A stretch of 64,000 nt of DNA, taken from positions 23,932,001-23,996,000 of the forward strand of contig OZ059894.1 in the NCBI GenBank assembly GCA_964057225.1, read 5' to 3'. Origin of the DNA: Auanema rhodensis. Lineage: Eukaryota; Animalia; Nematoda. Below are positions 26,929 to 40,656 of this stretch, one piece after another (within the stretch, counting starts at the first letter, position 1; every line of letters starts with the position of its first letter). The position numbers were made by a program, and so were the translations under genes. The notes below the pieces were generated by a model, which worked only from the letters and a program-made list of their open reading frames with translations, was not told the origin of the DNA and did no database searches.

Positions 26929-29900
26929 TTTCAAAATTAGATTCCCCATGTCCATATTAGTTTAAAAACAAATTTTTATTGATATTGGTTCATGGTAACC
27001 ATGACTTTGAAATTTACGTGAACATCAATTTATGCTAATTAAATGTACACGTGATGTGCACTTGGTATGTAACTCGCTTCACGTGAAAGATAAAGAGATG
27101 CGGTTTTCAAAATTAGATTCCCCATGTCCATATTAGTCTAAAAACAACTTTTTATTGATCTTGGTTCATGGTAACCATGACTTTGAAATTTACGTGAACT
27201 TCAATTTATGCTAATTAAATGTACACGTGATGTGCACTTGGTATGTAACTCGCTTCACGTGAAAGATAAAGAGATGCGGTTTTCAAAATTAGATTCCCCA
27301 TGTCCATATTAGTCTAAAAACAAATTTTTATTGATATTGGTTCATGGTAACCATGACTTTGAAATTTACGTGAACTTCAATTTATGCTAATTAAATGTAC
27401 ACGTGATGTGCACTTGGTATGTAACTCGCTTCACGTGAAAGATAAAGAGATTTGGTTTTCAAAATTAGATTCCCCATGTCCATATTAGTCTAAAAACAAA
27501 TTTTTATTGATATTGGTTCATGGTAACCATGACTTTGAAATTTACGTGAACTTCAATTTATGCTAATTAAATCTACACGTGATGTGCACTTGGTATGTAA
27601 CTCGCTTCACGTGAAAGATAAAGAGATGCGGTTTTCAAAATTAGATTCCCCATGTCCATATTAGTCTAAAAACAAATTTTTATTGATATTGGTGCATGGT
27701 AACCATGACTTTGAAATTTACGTGAACTTCAATTTATGCTAATTAAATGTACACGTGATGTGCACTTGGTATGTAACTCGCTTCACGTGAAAGATAAAGA
27801 GATGCGGTTTTCAAAATTAGATTCCCCATGTCCATATTAGTCTAAAAACAAATTTTTATTGATATTGGTTCATGGTAACCATTACTTTGAAATTTACGTG
27901 AACTTTAATTTATGCTAATTAAATGTACACGTGATGTGCACTTGGTATGTAACTCGCTTCACGTGAAAGATAAAGAGATGCGGTTTTCAAAATTAGATTC
28001 CCCATGTCCATATTAGTCTAAAAACAAATTTTTATTGATATTGGTTCATGGTAACCATGACTTTGAAATTTACGTGAACTTCAATTTATGCTAATTAAAT
28101 GTACACGTGATGTGCACTTGGTATGTAACTCGCTTCACGTGAAAGATAAAGAGATGCGGTTTTCAAAGTTAGATTCCCCATGTCCATATTAGTCTAAAAA
28201 CAAATTTTTATTGATATTGGTTCATGGTAACCATGACTTTGAAATTTACGTGAACTTTAATTTATGCTAATTAAATGTACACGTGATGTGCACTTGGTAT
28301 GTAACTCGCTTCACGTGAAAGATAAAGAGATGCGGTTTTCAAAATTAGATTCCCCATGTCCATATTAGTCTAAAAACAAATTTTTATTGATATTGGTGCA
28401 TGGTAACCATGACTTTGAAATTTACGTGAACTTTAATTTATGCTAATTAAATGTACACGTGATGTGCACTTGGTATGTAACTCGCTTCACGTGAAAGATG
28501 AAGAGATGCGGTTTTCAAAATTAGATTCCCCATGTCCATATTAGTCTAAAAACAAATTTTTATTGATATTGGTGCATGGTAACCATGACTTTGAAATTTA
28601 CGTGAACTTTAATTTATGCTAATTAAATGTACACGTGATGTGCACTTGGTATGTAACTCGCTTCACGTGAAAGATAAAGAGATACGGTTTTCAAAATTAG
28701 ATTCCCCATGTCCATATTAGTCTAAAAACAAATTTTTATTGATATTGGTGCATGGTAACCATGACTTTGAAATTTACGTGAACTTTAATTTATGCTAATT
28801 AAATGTACACGTGATGTGCACTTGGTATGTAACTCGCTTCACGTGAAAGATAAAGAGATGCGGTTTTCAAAATTAGATTCCCCATGTCCATATTAGTCTA
28901 AAAACAAATTTTTATTGATATTGGTTCATGGTAACCATGACTTTGAAATTTACGTGAACTTTAATTTATGCTAATTAAATGTACACGTGATGTGCACTTG
29001 GTATGTAACTCGCTTCACGTGTAAGATAAAGAGATGCGGTTTTCAAAATTAGATTCCCCATGTCCATATTAGTCTAAAAACAAATTTTTATTGATATTGG
29101 TGCATGGTAACCATGACTTTGAAATTTACGTGAACTTTAATTTATGCTAATTAAATGTACACGTGATGTGCACTTGGTATGTAACTCGCTTCACGTGAAA
29201 GATAAAGAGATACGGTTTTCAAAATTAGATTCCCCATGTCCATATTAGTCTAAAAACAAATTTTTATTGATATTGGTGCATGGTAACCATGACTTTGAAA
29301 TTTACGTGAACTTTAATTTATGCTAATTAAATGTACACGTGATGTGCACTTGGTATGTAACTCGCTTCACGTGAACGATAAAGAGATGCGGTTTTCAAAA
29401 TTAGATTCCCCATGTCCATATTAGTCTAAAAACAAATTTTTATTGATATTGGTTCATGGTAACCATGACTTTGAAATTTACGTGAACTTCAATTTATGCT
29501 AATTAAATGTACACGTGATGTGCACTTGGTATGTAACTCGCTTCACGTGAAAGATAAAGAGATGCGGTTTTCAAAATTAGATTCCCCATGTCCATATTAG
29601 TCTAAAAACAAATTTTTATTGATATTGGTTCATGGTAACCATGACTTTGAAATTTACGTGAACTTTAATTTATGCTAATTAAATGTACACGTGATGTGCA
29701 CTTGGTATGTAACTCGCTTCACGTGAAAGATAAAGAGATGCGGTTTTCAAAATTAGATTCCCCATGTCCATATTAGTCTAAAAACAAATTTTTATTGATA
29801 TTGGTGCATGGTAACCATGACTTTGAAATTTACGTGAACTTTAATTTATGCTAATTAAATGTACACGTGATGTGCACTTGGTATGTAACTCGCTTCACGT

Positions 29901-32900
29901 GAAAGATGAAGAGATGCGGTTTTCAAAATTAGATTCCCCATGTCCATATTAGTCTAAAAACAAATTTTTATTGATATTGGTGCATGGTAACCATGACTTT
30001 GAAATTTACGTGAACTTTAATTTATGCTAATTAAATGTACACGTGATGTGCACTTGGTATGTAACTCGCTTCACGTGAAAGATAAAGAGATACGGTTTTC
30101 AAAATTAGATTCCCCATGTCCATATTAGTCTAAAAACAAATTTTTATTGATATTGGTTCATGGTAACCATGACTTTGAAATTTACGTGAACTTCAATTTA
30201 TGCTAATTAAATGTACACGTGATGTGCACTTGGTATGTAACTCGCTTCACGTGAAAGATAAAGAGATGCGGTTCTCAAAATTAGATTCCCCATGTCCATA
30301 TTAGTCTAAAAACAAATTTTTATTGATATTGGTGCATGGTAACCATGACTTTGAAATTTACGTGAACTTTAATTTATGCTAATTAAATGTACACGTGATG
30401 TGCACTTGGTATGTAACTCGCTTCACGTGAAAGATAAAGAGATGCGGTTTTCAAAATTAGATTCCCCATGTCCATATTAGTCTAAAAACAAATTTTTATT
30501 GATATTGGTGCATGGTAACCATGACTTTGAAATTTACGTGAACTTTAATTTATGCTAATTAAATGTACACGTGATGTGCACTTGGTATGTAACTTGCTTC
30601 ACGTGAAAGATAAAGAGATGCGGTTTTCAAAATTAGATTCCACATGTCCATATTAGTTTAAAAACAAATGTTTATTGATATTGGTTCATGGTAACCATGA
30701 CTTTGAAATTTACGTGAACTTCAATTTATGCTAATTAAATGTACACGTGATGTGCACTTGGTATGTAACTCGCTTCACGTGAAAGATAAAGAGATGCGGT
30801 TTTCAAAATTAGATTCCCCATGTCCATATTAGTCTAAAAACAACTTTTTATTGATCTTGGTTCATGGTAACCATGACTTTGAAATTTACGTGAACTTCAA
30901 TTTATGCTAATTAAATGTACACGTGATGTGCACTTGGTATGTAACTCGCTTCACGTGAAAGATAAAGAGATGCGGTTTTCAAAATTAGATTCCCCATGTC
31001 CATATTAGTCTAAAAACAAATTTTTATTGATATTGGTTCATGGTAACCATGACTTTGAAATTTACGTGAACTTCAATTTATGCTAATTAAATGTACACGT
31101 GATGTGCACTTGGTATGTAACTCGCTTCACGTGAAAGATAAAGAGATGCGGTTTTCAAAATTAGATTCCCCATGTCCATATTAGTCTAAAAACAAATTTT
31201 TATTGATATTGGTTCATGGTAACCATGACTTTGAAATTTACGTGAACTTCAATTTATGCTAATTAAATCTACACGTGATGTGCACTTGGTATGTAACTCG
31301 CTTCACGTGAAAGATAAAGAGATGCGGTTTTCAAAATTAGATTCCCCATGTCCATATTAGTCTAAAAACAAATTTTTATTGATATTGGTTCATGGTAACC
31401 ATGACTTTGAAATTTACGTGAACTTTAATTTATGCTAATTAAATGTACACGTGATGTGCACTTGGTATGTAACTCGCTTCACGTGAAAGATAAAGAGATG
31501 CGGTTTTCAAAATTAGATTCCCCATGTCCATATTAGTCTAAAAACAAATTTTTATTGATATTGGTTCATGGTAACCATGACTTTGAAATTTACGTGAACT
31601 TTAATTTATGCTAATTAAATGTACACGTGATGTGCACTTGGTATGTAACTCGCTTCACGTGAAAGATAAAGAGATGCGGTTTTCAAAATTAGATTCCCCA
31701 TGTCCATATTAGTCTAAAAACAAATTTTTATTGATATTGGTTCATGGTAACCATGACTTTGAAATTTACGTGAACTTCAATTTATGCTAATTAAATGTAC
31801 ACGTGATGTGCACTTGGTATGTAACTCGCTTCACGTGAAAGATAAAGAGATGCGGTTTTCAAAATTAGATTCCCCATGTCCATATTAGTTTAAAAACAAA
31901 TTTTTATTGATATTGGTTCATGGTAACCATGACTTTGAAATTTACGTGAACATCAATTTATGCTAATTAAATGTACACGTGATGTGCACTTGGTATGTAA
32001 CTCGCTTCACGTGAAAGATAAAGAGATGCGGTTTTCAAAATTAGATTCCCCATGTCCATATTAGTCTAAAAACAACTTTTTATTGATCTTGGTTCATGGT
32101 AACCATGACTTTGAAATTTACGTGAACTTCAATTTATGCTAATTAAATGTACACGTGATGTGCACTTGGTATGTAACTCGCTTCACGTGAAAGATAAAGA
32201 GATGCGGTTTTCAAAATTAGATTCCCCATGTCCATATTAGTCTAAAAACAAATTTTTATTGATATTGGTTCATGGTAACCATGACTTTGAAATTTACGTG
32301 AACTTCAATTTATGCTAATTAAATGTACACGTGATGTGCACTTGGTATGTAACTCGCTTCACGTGAAAGATAAAGAGATGCGGTTTTCAAAATTAGATTC
32401 CCCATGTCCATATTAGTCTAAAAACAAATTTTTATTGATATTGGTTCATGGTAACCATGACTTTGAAATTTACGTGAACTTCAATTTATGCTAATTAAAT
32501 CTACACGTGATGTGCACTTGGTATGTAACTCGCTTCACGTGAAAGATAAAGAGATGCGGTTTTCAAAATTAGATTCCCCATGTCCATATTAGTCTAAAAA
32601 CAAATTTTTATTGATATTGGTGCATGGTAACCATGACTTTGAAATTTACGTGAACTTCAATTTATGCTAATTAAATGTACACGTGATGTGCACTTGGTAT
32701 GTAACTCGCTTCACGTGAAAGATAAAGAGATGCGGTTTTCAAAATTAGATTCCCCATGTCCATATTAGTCTAAAAACAAATTTTTATTGATATTGGTTCA
32801 TGGTAACCATTACTTTGAAATTTACGTGAACTTTAATTTATGCTAATTAAATGTACACGTGATGTGCACTTGGTATGTAACTCGCTTCACGTGAAAGATA

Positions 32901-35900
32901 AAGAGATGCGGTTTTCAAAATTAGATTCCCCATGTCCATATTAGTCTAAAAACAAATTTTTATTGATATTGGTTCATGGTAACCATGACTTTGAAATTTA
33001 CGTGAACTTCAATTTATGCTAATTAAATGTACACGTGATGTGCACTTGGTATGTAACTCGCTTCACGTGAAAGATAAAGAGATGCGGTTTTCAAAATTAG
33101 ATTCCCCATGTCCATATTAGTCTAAAAACAAATTTTTATTGATATTGGTTCATGGTAACCATGACTTTGAAATTTACGTGAACTTTAATTTATGCTAATT
33201 AAATGTACACGTGATGTGCACTTGGTATGTAACTCGCTTCACGTGAAAGATAAAGAGATGCGGTTTTCAAAATTAGATTCCCCATGTCCATATTAGTCTA
33301 AAAACAAATTTTTATTGATATTGGTGCATGGTAACCATGACTTTGAAATTTACGTGAACTTTAATTTATGCTAATTAAATGTACACGTGATGTGCACTTG
33401 GTATGTAACTCGCTTCACGTGAAAGATGAAGAGATGCGGTTTTCAAAATTAGATTCCCCATGTCCATATTAGTCTAAAAACAAATTTTTATTGATATTGG
33501 TGCATGGTAACCATGACTTTGAAATTTACGTGAACTTTAATTTATGCTAATTAAATGTACACGTGATGTGCACTTGGTATGTAACTCGCTTCACGTGAAA
33601 GATAAAGAGATACGGTTTTCAAAATTAGATTCCCCATGTCCATATTAGTCTAAAAACAAATTTTTATTGATATTGGTTCATGATAACCATGACTTTGAAA
33701 TTTACGTGAACTTCAATTTATGCTAATTAAATGTACACGTGATGTGCACTTGGTATGTAACTCGCTTCACGTGAAAGATAAAGAGATGCGGTTCTCAAAA
33801 TTAGATTCCCCATGTCCATATTAGTCTAAAAACAAATTTTTATTGATATTGGTGCATGGTAACCATGACTTTGAAATTTACGTGAACTTTAATTTATGCT
33901 AATTAAATGTACACGTGATGTGCACTTGGTATGTAACTCGCTTCACGTGAAAGATAAAGAGATGCGGTTTTCAAAATTAGATTCCCCATGTCCATATTAG
34001 TCTAAAAACAAATTTTTATTGATATTGGTGCATGGTAACCATGACTTTGAAATTTACGTGAACTTTAATTTATGCTAATTAAATGTACACGTGATGTGCA
34101 CTTGGTATGTAACTTGCTTCACGTGAAAGATAAAGAGATGCGGTTTTCAAAATTAGATTCCACATGTCCATATTAGTTTAAAAACAAATGTTTATTGATA
34201 TTGGTTCATGGTAACCATGACTTTGAAATTTACGTGAACTTCAATTTATGCTAATTAAATGTACACGTGATGTGCACTTGGTATGTAACTCGCTTCACGT
34301 GAAAGATAAAGAGATGCGGTTTTCAAAATTAGATTCCCCATGTCCATATTAGTCTAAAAACAACTTTTTATTGATCTTGGTTCATGGTAACCATGACTTT
34401 GAAATTTACGTGAACTTCAATTTATGCTAATTAAATGTACACGTGATGTGCACTTGGTATGTAACTCGCTTCACGTGAAAGATAAAGAGATGCGGTTTTC
34501 AAAATTAGATTCCCCATGTCCATATTAGTCTAAAAACAAATTTTTATTGATATTGGTTCATGGTAACCATGACTTTGAAATTTACGTGAACTTCAATTTA
34601 TGCTAATTAAATGTACACGTGATGTGCACTTGGTATGTAACTCGCTTCACGTGAAAGATAAAGAGATGCGGTTTTCAAAATTAGATTCCCCATGTCCATA
34701 TTAGTCTAAAAACAAATTTTTATTGATATTGGTTCATGGTAACCATGACTTTGAAATTTACGTGAACTTCAATTTATGCTAATTAAATCTACACGTGATG
34801 TGCACTTGGTATGTAACTCGCTTCACGTGAAAGATAAAGAGATGCGGTTTTCAAAATTAGATTCCCCATGTCCATATTAGTCTAAAAACAAATTTTTATT
34901 GATATTGGTTCATGGTAACCATGACTTTGAAATTTACGTGAACTTTAATTTATGCTAATTAAATGTACACGTGATGTGCACTTGGTATGTAACTCGCTTC
35001 ACGTGAAAGATAAAGAGATGCGGTTTTCAAAATTAGATTCCCCATGTCCATATTAGTCTAAAAACAAATTTTTATTGATATTGGTTCATGGTAACCATGA
35101 CTTTGAAATTTACGTGAACTTCAATTTATGCTAATTAAATGTACACGTGATGTGCACTTGGTATGTAACTCGCTTCACGTGAAAGATAAAGAGATGCGGT
35201 TTTCAAAATTAGATTCCCCATGTCCATATTAGTCTAAAAACAAATTTTTATTGATATTGGTTCATGGTAACCATGACTTTGAAATTTACGTGAACTTTAA
35301 TTTATGCTAATTAAATGTACACGTGATGTGCACTTGGTATGTAACTCGCTTCACGTGAAAGATAAAGAGATGCGGTTTTCAAAATTAGATTCCCCATGTC
35401 CATATTAGTCTAAAAACAAATTTTTATTGATATTGGTGCATGGTAACCATGACTTTGAAATTTACGTGAACTTCAATTTATGCTAATTAAATGTACACGT
35501 GATGTGCACTTGGTATGTAACTCGCTTCACGTGAAAGATAAAGAGATGCGGTTCTCAAAATTAGATTCCCCATGTCCATATTAGTCTAAAAACAAATTTT
35601 TATTGATATTGGTGCATGGTAACCATGACTTTGAAATTTACGTGAACTTTAATTTATGCTAATTAAATGTACACGTGATGTGCACTTGGTATGTAACTCG
35701 CTTCACGTGAAAGATAAAGAGATGCGGTTTTCAAAATTAGATTCCCCATGTCCATATTAGTCTAAAAACAAATTTTTATTGATATTGGTGCATGGTAACC
35801 ATGACTTTGAAATTTACGTGAACTTTAATTTATGCTAATTAAATGTACACGTGATGTGCACTTGGTATGTAACTTGCTTCACGTGAAAGATAAAGAGATG

Positions 35901-38192
35901 CGGTTTTCAAAATTAGATTCCACATGTCCATATTAGTTTAAAAACAAATGTTTATTGATATTGGTTCATGGTAACCATGACTTTGAAATTTACGTGAACT
36001 TCAATTTATGCTAATTAAATGTACACGTGATGTGCACTTGGTATGTAACTCGCTTCACGTGAAAGATAAAGAGATGCGGTTTTCAAAATTAGATTCCCCA
36101 TGTCCATATTAGTCTAAAAACAACTTTTTATTGATCTTGGTTCATGGTAACCATGACTTTGAAATTTACGTGAACTTCAATTTATGCTAATTAAATGTAC
36201 ACGTGATGTGCACTTGGTATGTAACTCGCTTCACGTGAAAGATAAAGAGATGCGGTTTTCAAAATTAGATTCCCCATGTCCATATTAGTCTAAAAACAAA
36301 TTTTTATTGATATTGGTTCATGGTAACCATGACTTTGAAATTTACGTGAACTTCAATTTATGCTAATTAAATGTACACGTGATGTGCACTTGGTATGTAA
36401 CTCGCTTCACGTGAAAGATAAAGAGATGCGGTTTTCAAAATTAGATTCCCCATGTCCATATTAGTCTAAAAACAAATTTTTATTGATATTGGTTCATGGT
36501 AACCATGACTTTGAAATTTACGTGAACTTCAATTTATGCTAATTAAATCTACACGTGATGTGCACTTGGTATGTAACTCGCTTCACGTGAAAGATAAAGA
36601 GATGCGGTTTTCAAAATTAGATTCCCCATGTCCATATTAGTCTAAAAACAAATTTTTATTGATATTGGTTCATGGTAACCATGACTTTGAAATTTACGTG
36701 AACTTTAATTTATGCTAATTAAATGTACACGTGATGTGCACTTGGTATGTAACTCGCTTCACGTGAAAGATAAAGAGATGCGGTTTTCAAAATTAGATTC
36801 CCCATGTCCATATTAGTCTAAAAACAAATTTTTATTGATATTGGTTCATGGTAACCATGACTTTGAAATTTACGTGAACTTCAATTTATGCTAATTAAAT
36901 GTACACGTGATGTGCACTTGGTATGTAACTCGCTTCACGTGAAAGATAAAGAGATGCGGTTTTCAAAATTAGATTCCCCATGTCCATATTAGTCTAAAAA
37001 CAAATTTTTATTGATATTGGTTCATGGTAACCATGACTTTGAAATTTACGTGAACTTTAATTTATGCTAATTAAATGTACACGTGATGTGCACTTGGTAT
37101 GTAACTCGCTTCACGTGAAAGATAAAGAGATGCGGTTTTCAAAATTAGATTCCCCATGTCCATATTAGTCTAAAAACAAATTTTTATTGATATTGGTGCA
37201 TGGTAACCATGACTTTGAAATTTACGTGAACTTTAATTTATGCTAATTAAATGTACACGTGATGTGCACTTGGTATGTAACTCGCTTCACGTGAAAGATA
37301 AAGAGATACGGTTTTCAAAATTAGATTCCCCATGTCCATATTAGTCTAAAAACAAATTTTTATTGATATTGGTTCATGGTAACCATGACTTTGAAATTTA
37401 CGTGAACTTCAATTTATGCTAATTAAATGTACACGTGATGTGCACTTGGTATGTAACTCGCTTCACGTGAAAGATAAAGAGATGCGGTTTTCAAAATTAG
37501 ATTCCCCATGTCCATATTAGTTTAAAAACAAATTTTTATTGATATTGGTTCATGGTAACCATGACTTTGAAATTTACGTGAACTTCAATTTATGCTAATT
37601 AAATGTACACGTGATGTGCACTTGGTATGTAACTCGCTTCACGTGAAAGATAAAGAGATGCGGTTTTCAAAATTAGATTCCCCATGTCCATATTAGTCTA
37701 AAAACAACTTTTTATTGATCTTGGTTCATGGTAACCATGACTTTGAAATTTACGTGAACTTCAATTTATGCTAATTAAATGTACACGTGATGTGCACTTG
37801 GTATGTAACTCGCTTCACGTGAAAGATAAAGAGATGCGGTTTTCAAAATTAGATTCCCCATGTCCATATTAGTCTAAAAACAAATTTTTATTGATATTGG
37901 TTCATGGTAACCATGACTTTGAAATTTACGTGAACTTCAATTTATGCTAATTAAATGTACACGTGATGTGCACTTGGTATGTAACTCGCTTCACGTGAAA
38001 GATAAAGAGATGCGGTTTTCAAAATTAGATTCCCCATGTCCATATTAGTCTAAAAACAAATTTTTATTGATATTGGTTCATGGTAACCATGACTTTGAAA
38101 TTTACGTGAACTTCAATTTATGCTAATTAAATCTACACGTGATGTGCACTTGGTATGTAACTCGCTTCAAGTGAAAGATAAAGAGATGCGGT
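26929..38192. repeat. Domain containing six copies of a 4-monomer cassette (34T; 44C+56C; plain 62T/98C; 117C)
   Basis: The 117C marker (ATCTACAC) is at 27573, 31269, 32501, 34789, 36549 and 38133. Each is preceded two monomers earlier by the 56C marker (GATCTT) at 27160, 30856, 32088, 34376, 36136 and 37720. Confidence 0.85.
33793..37312. repeat. Tandem duplication of a 10-monomer (1760 bp) unit
   Basis: Variant pairs at 33794/35554, 34115/35875, 34376/36136 and 34789/36549 all have offset 1760. Confidence 0.88.
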
Positions 38193-40656
38193 TTTCAAAA
38201 TTGGATTCCCCATGTCCATATTAGTCTAAAAACAAATTTTTATTGATATTGGTGCATGGTAACCATGACTTTGAAATTTACGTGAACTTTAATTTATGCT
38301 AATTAAATGTACACGTGATGTGCACTTGGTATGTAACTCGCTTCACGTGAAAGATAAAGAGATGCGGTTTTCAAAATTAGATTCCCCATGTCCATATTAG
38401 TCTAAAAACAAATTTTTATTGATATTGGTTCATGGTAACCATGACTTTGAAATTTACGTGAACTTTAATTTATGCTAATTAAATGTACACGTGATGTGCA
38501 CTTGGTATGTAACTCGCTTCACGTGAAAGATAAAGAGATGCGGTTTTCAAAATTAGATTCCCCATGTCCATATTAGTCTAAAAACAAATTTTTATTGATA
38601 TTGGTTCATGGTAACCATGACTTTGAAATTTACGTGAACTTCAATTTATGCTAATTAAATGTACACGTGATGTGCACTTGGTATGTAACTCGCTTCACGT
38701 GAAAGATAAAGAGATGCGGTTTTCAAAGTTAGATTCCCCATGTCCATATTAGTCTAAAAACAAATTTTTATTGATATTGGTTCATGGTAACCATGACTTT
38801 GAAATTTACGTGAACTTTAATTTATGCTAATTAAATGTACACGTGATGTGCACTTGGTATGTAACTCGCTTCACGTGAAAGATAAAGAGATGCGGTTTTC
38901 AAAATTAGATTCCCCATGTCCATATTAGTCTAAAAACAAATTTTTATTGATATTGGTGCATGGTAACCATGACTTTGAAATTTACGTGAACTTTAATTTA
39001 TGCTAATTAAATGTACACGTGATGTGCACTTGGTATGTAACTCGCTTCACGTGAAAGATGAAGAGATGCGGTTTTCAAAATTAGATTCCCCATGTCCATA
39101 TTAGTCTAAAAACAAATTTTTATTGATATTGGTGCATGGTAACCATGACTTTGAAATTTACGTGAACTTTAATTTATGCTAATTAAATGTACACGTGATG
39201 TGCACTTGGTATGTAACTCGCTTCACGTGAAAGATAAAGAGATACGGTTTTCAAAATTAGATTCCCCATGTCCATATTAGTCTAAAAACAAATTTTTATT
39301 GATATTGGTGCATGGTAACCATGACTTTGAAATTTACGTGAACTTTAATTTATGCTAATTAAATGTACACGTGATGTGCACTTGGTATGTAACTCGCTTC
39401 ACGTGAAAGATAAAGAGATGCGGTTTTCAAAATTAGATTCCCCATGTCCATATTAGTCTAAAAACAAATTTTTATTGATATTGGTTCATGGTAACCATGA
39501 CTTTGAAATTTACGTGAACTTTAATTTATGCTAATTAAATGTACACGTGATGTGCACTTGGTATGTAACTCGCTTCACGTGTAAGATAAAGAGATGCGGT
39601 TTTCAAAATTAGATTCCCCATGTCCATATTAGTCTAAAAACAAATTTTTATTGATATTGGTGCATGGTAACCATGACTTTGAAATTTACGTGAACTTTAA
39701 TTTATGTTAATTAAATGTACACGTGATGTGCACTTGGTATGTAACTCGCTTCACGTGAAAGATAAAGAGATACGGTTTTCAAAATTAGATTCCCCATGTC
39801 CATATTAGTCTAAAAACAAATTTTTATTGATATTGGTGCATGGTAACCATGACTTTGAAATTTACGTGAACTTTAATTTATGCTAATTAAATGTACACGT
39901 GATGTGCACTTGGTATGTAACTCGCTTCACGTGAAAGATAAAGAGATGCGGTTTTCAAAATTAGATTCCCCATGTCCATATTAGTCTAAAAACAAATTTT
40001 TATTGATATTGGTTCATGGTAACCATGACTTTGAAATTTACGTGAACTTTAATTTATGCTAATTAAATGTACACGTGATGTGCACTTGGTATGTAACTCG
40101 CTTCACGTGTAAGATAAAGAGATGCGGTTTTCAAAATTAGATTCCCCATGTCCATATTAGTCTAAAAACAAATTTTTATTGATATTGGTGCATGGTAACC
40201 ATGACTTTGAAATTTACGTGAACTTTAATTTATGCTAATTAAATGTACACGTGATGTGCACTTGGTATGTAACTCGCTTCACGTGAAAGATAAAGAGATA
40301 CGGTTTTCAAAATTAGATTCCCCATGTCCATATTAGTATAAAAACAAATTTTTATTGATATTGGTTCATGGTAACCATGACTTTGAAATTTACGTGAACT
40401 TTAATTTATGCTAATTAAATGTACACGTGATGTGCACTTGGTATGTAACTCGCTTCACGTGAAAGATAAAGAGATGCGGTTTTCAAAATTAGATTCCCCA
40501 TGTCCATATTAGTCTAAAAACAACTTTTTATTGATATTGGTTCATGGTAACCATGACTTTGAAATTTACGTGAACTTCAATTTATGCTAATTAAATGTAC
40601 ACGTGATGTGCACTTGGTATGTAACTCGCTTCACGTGAAAGATAAAGAGATGCGGT

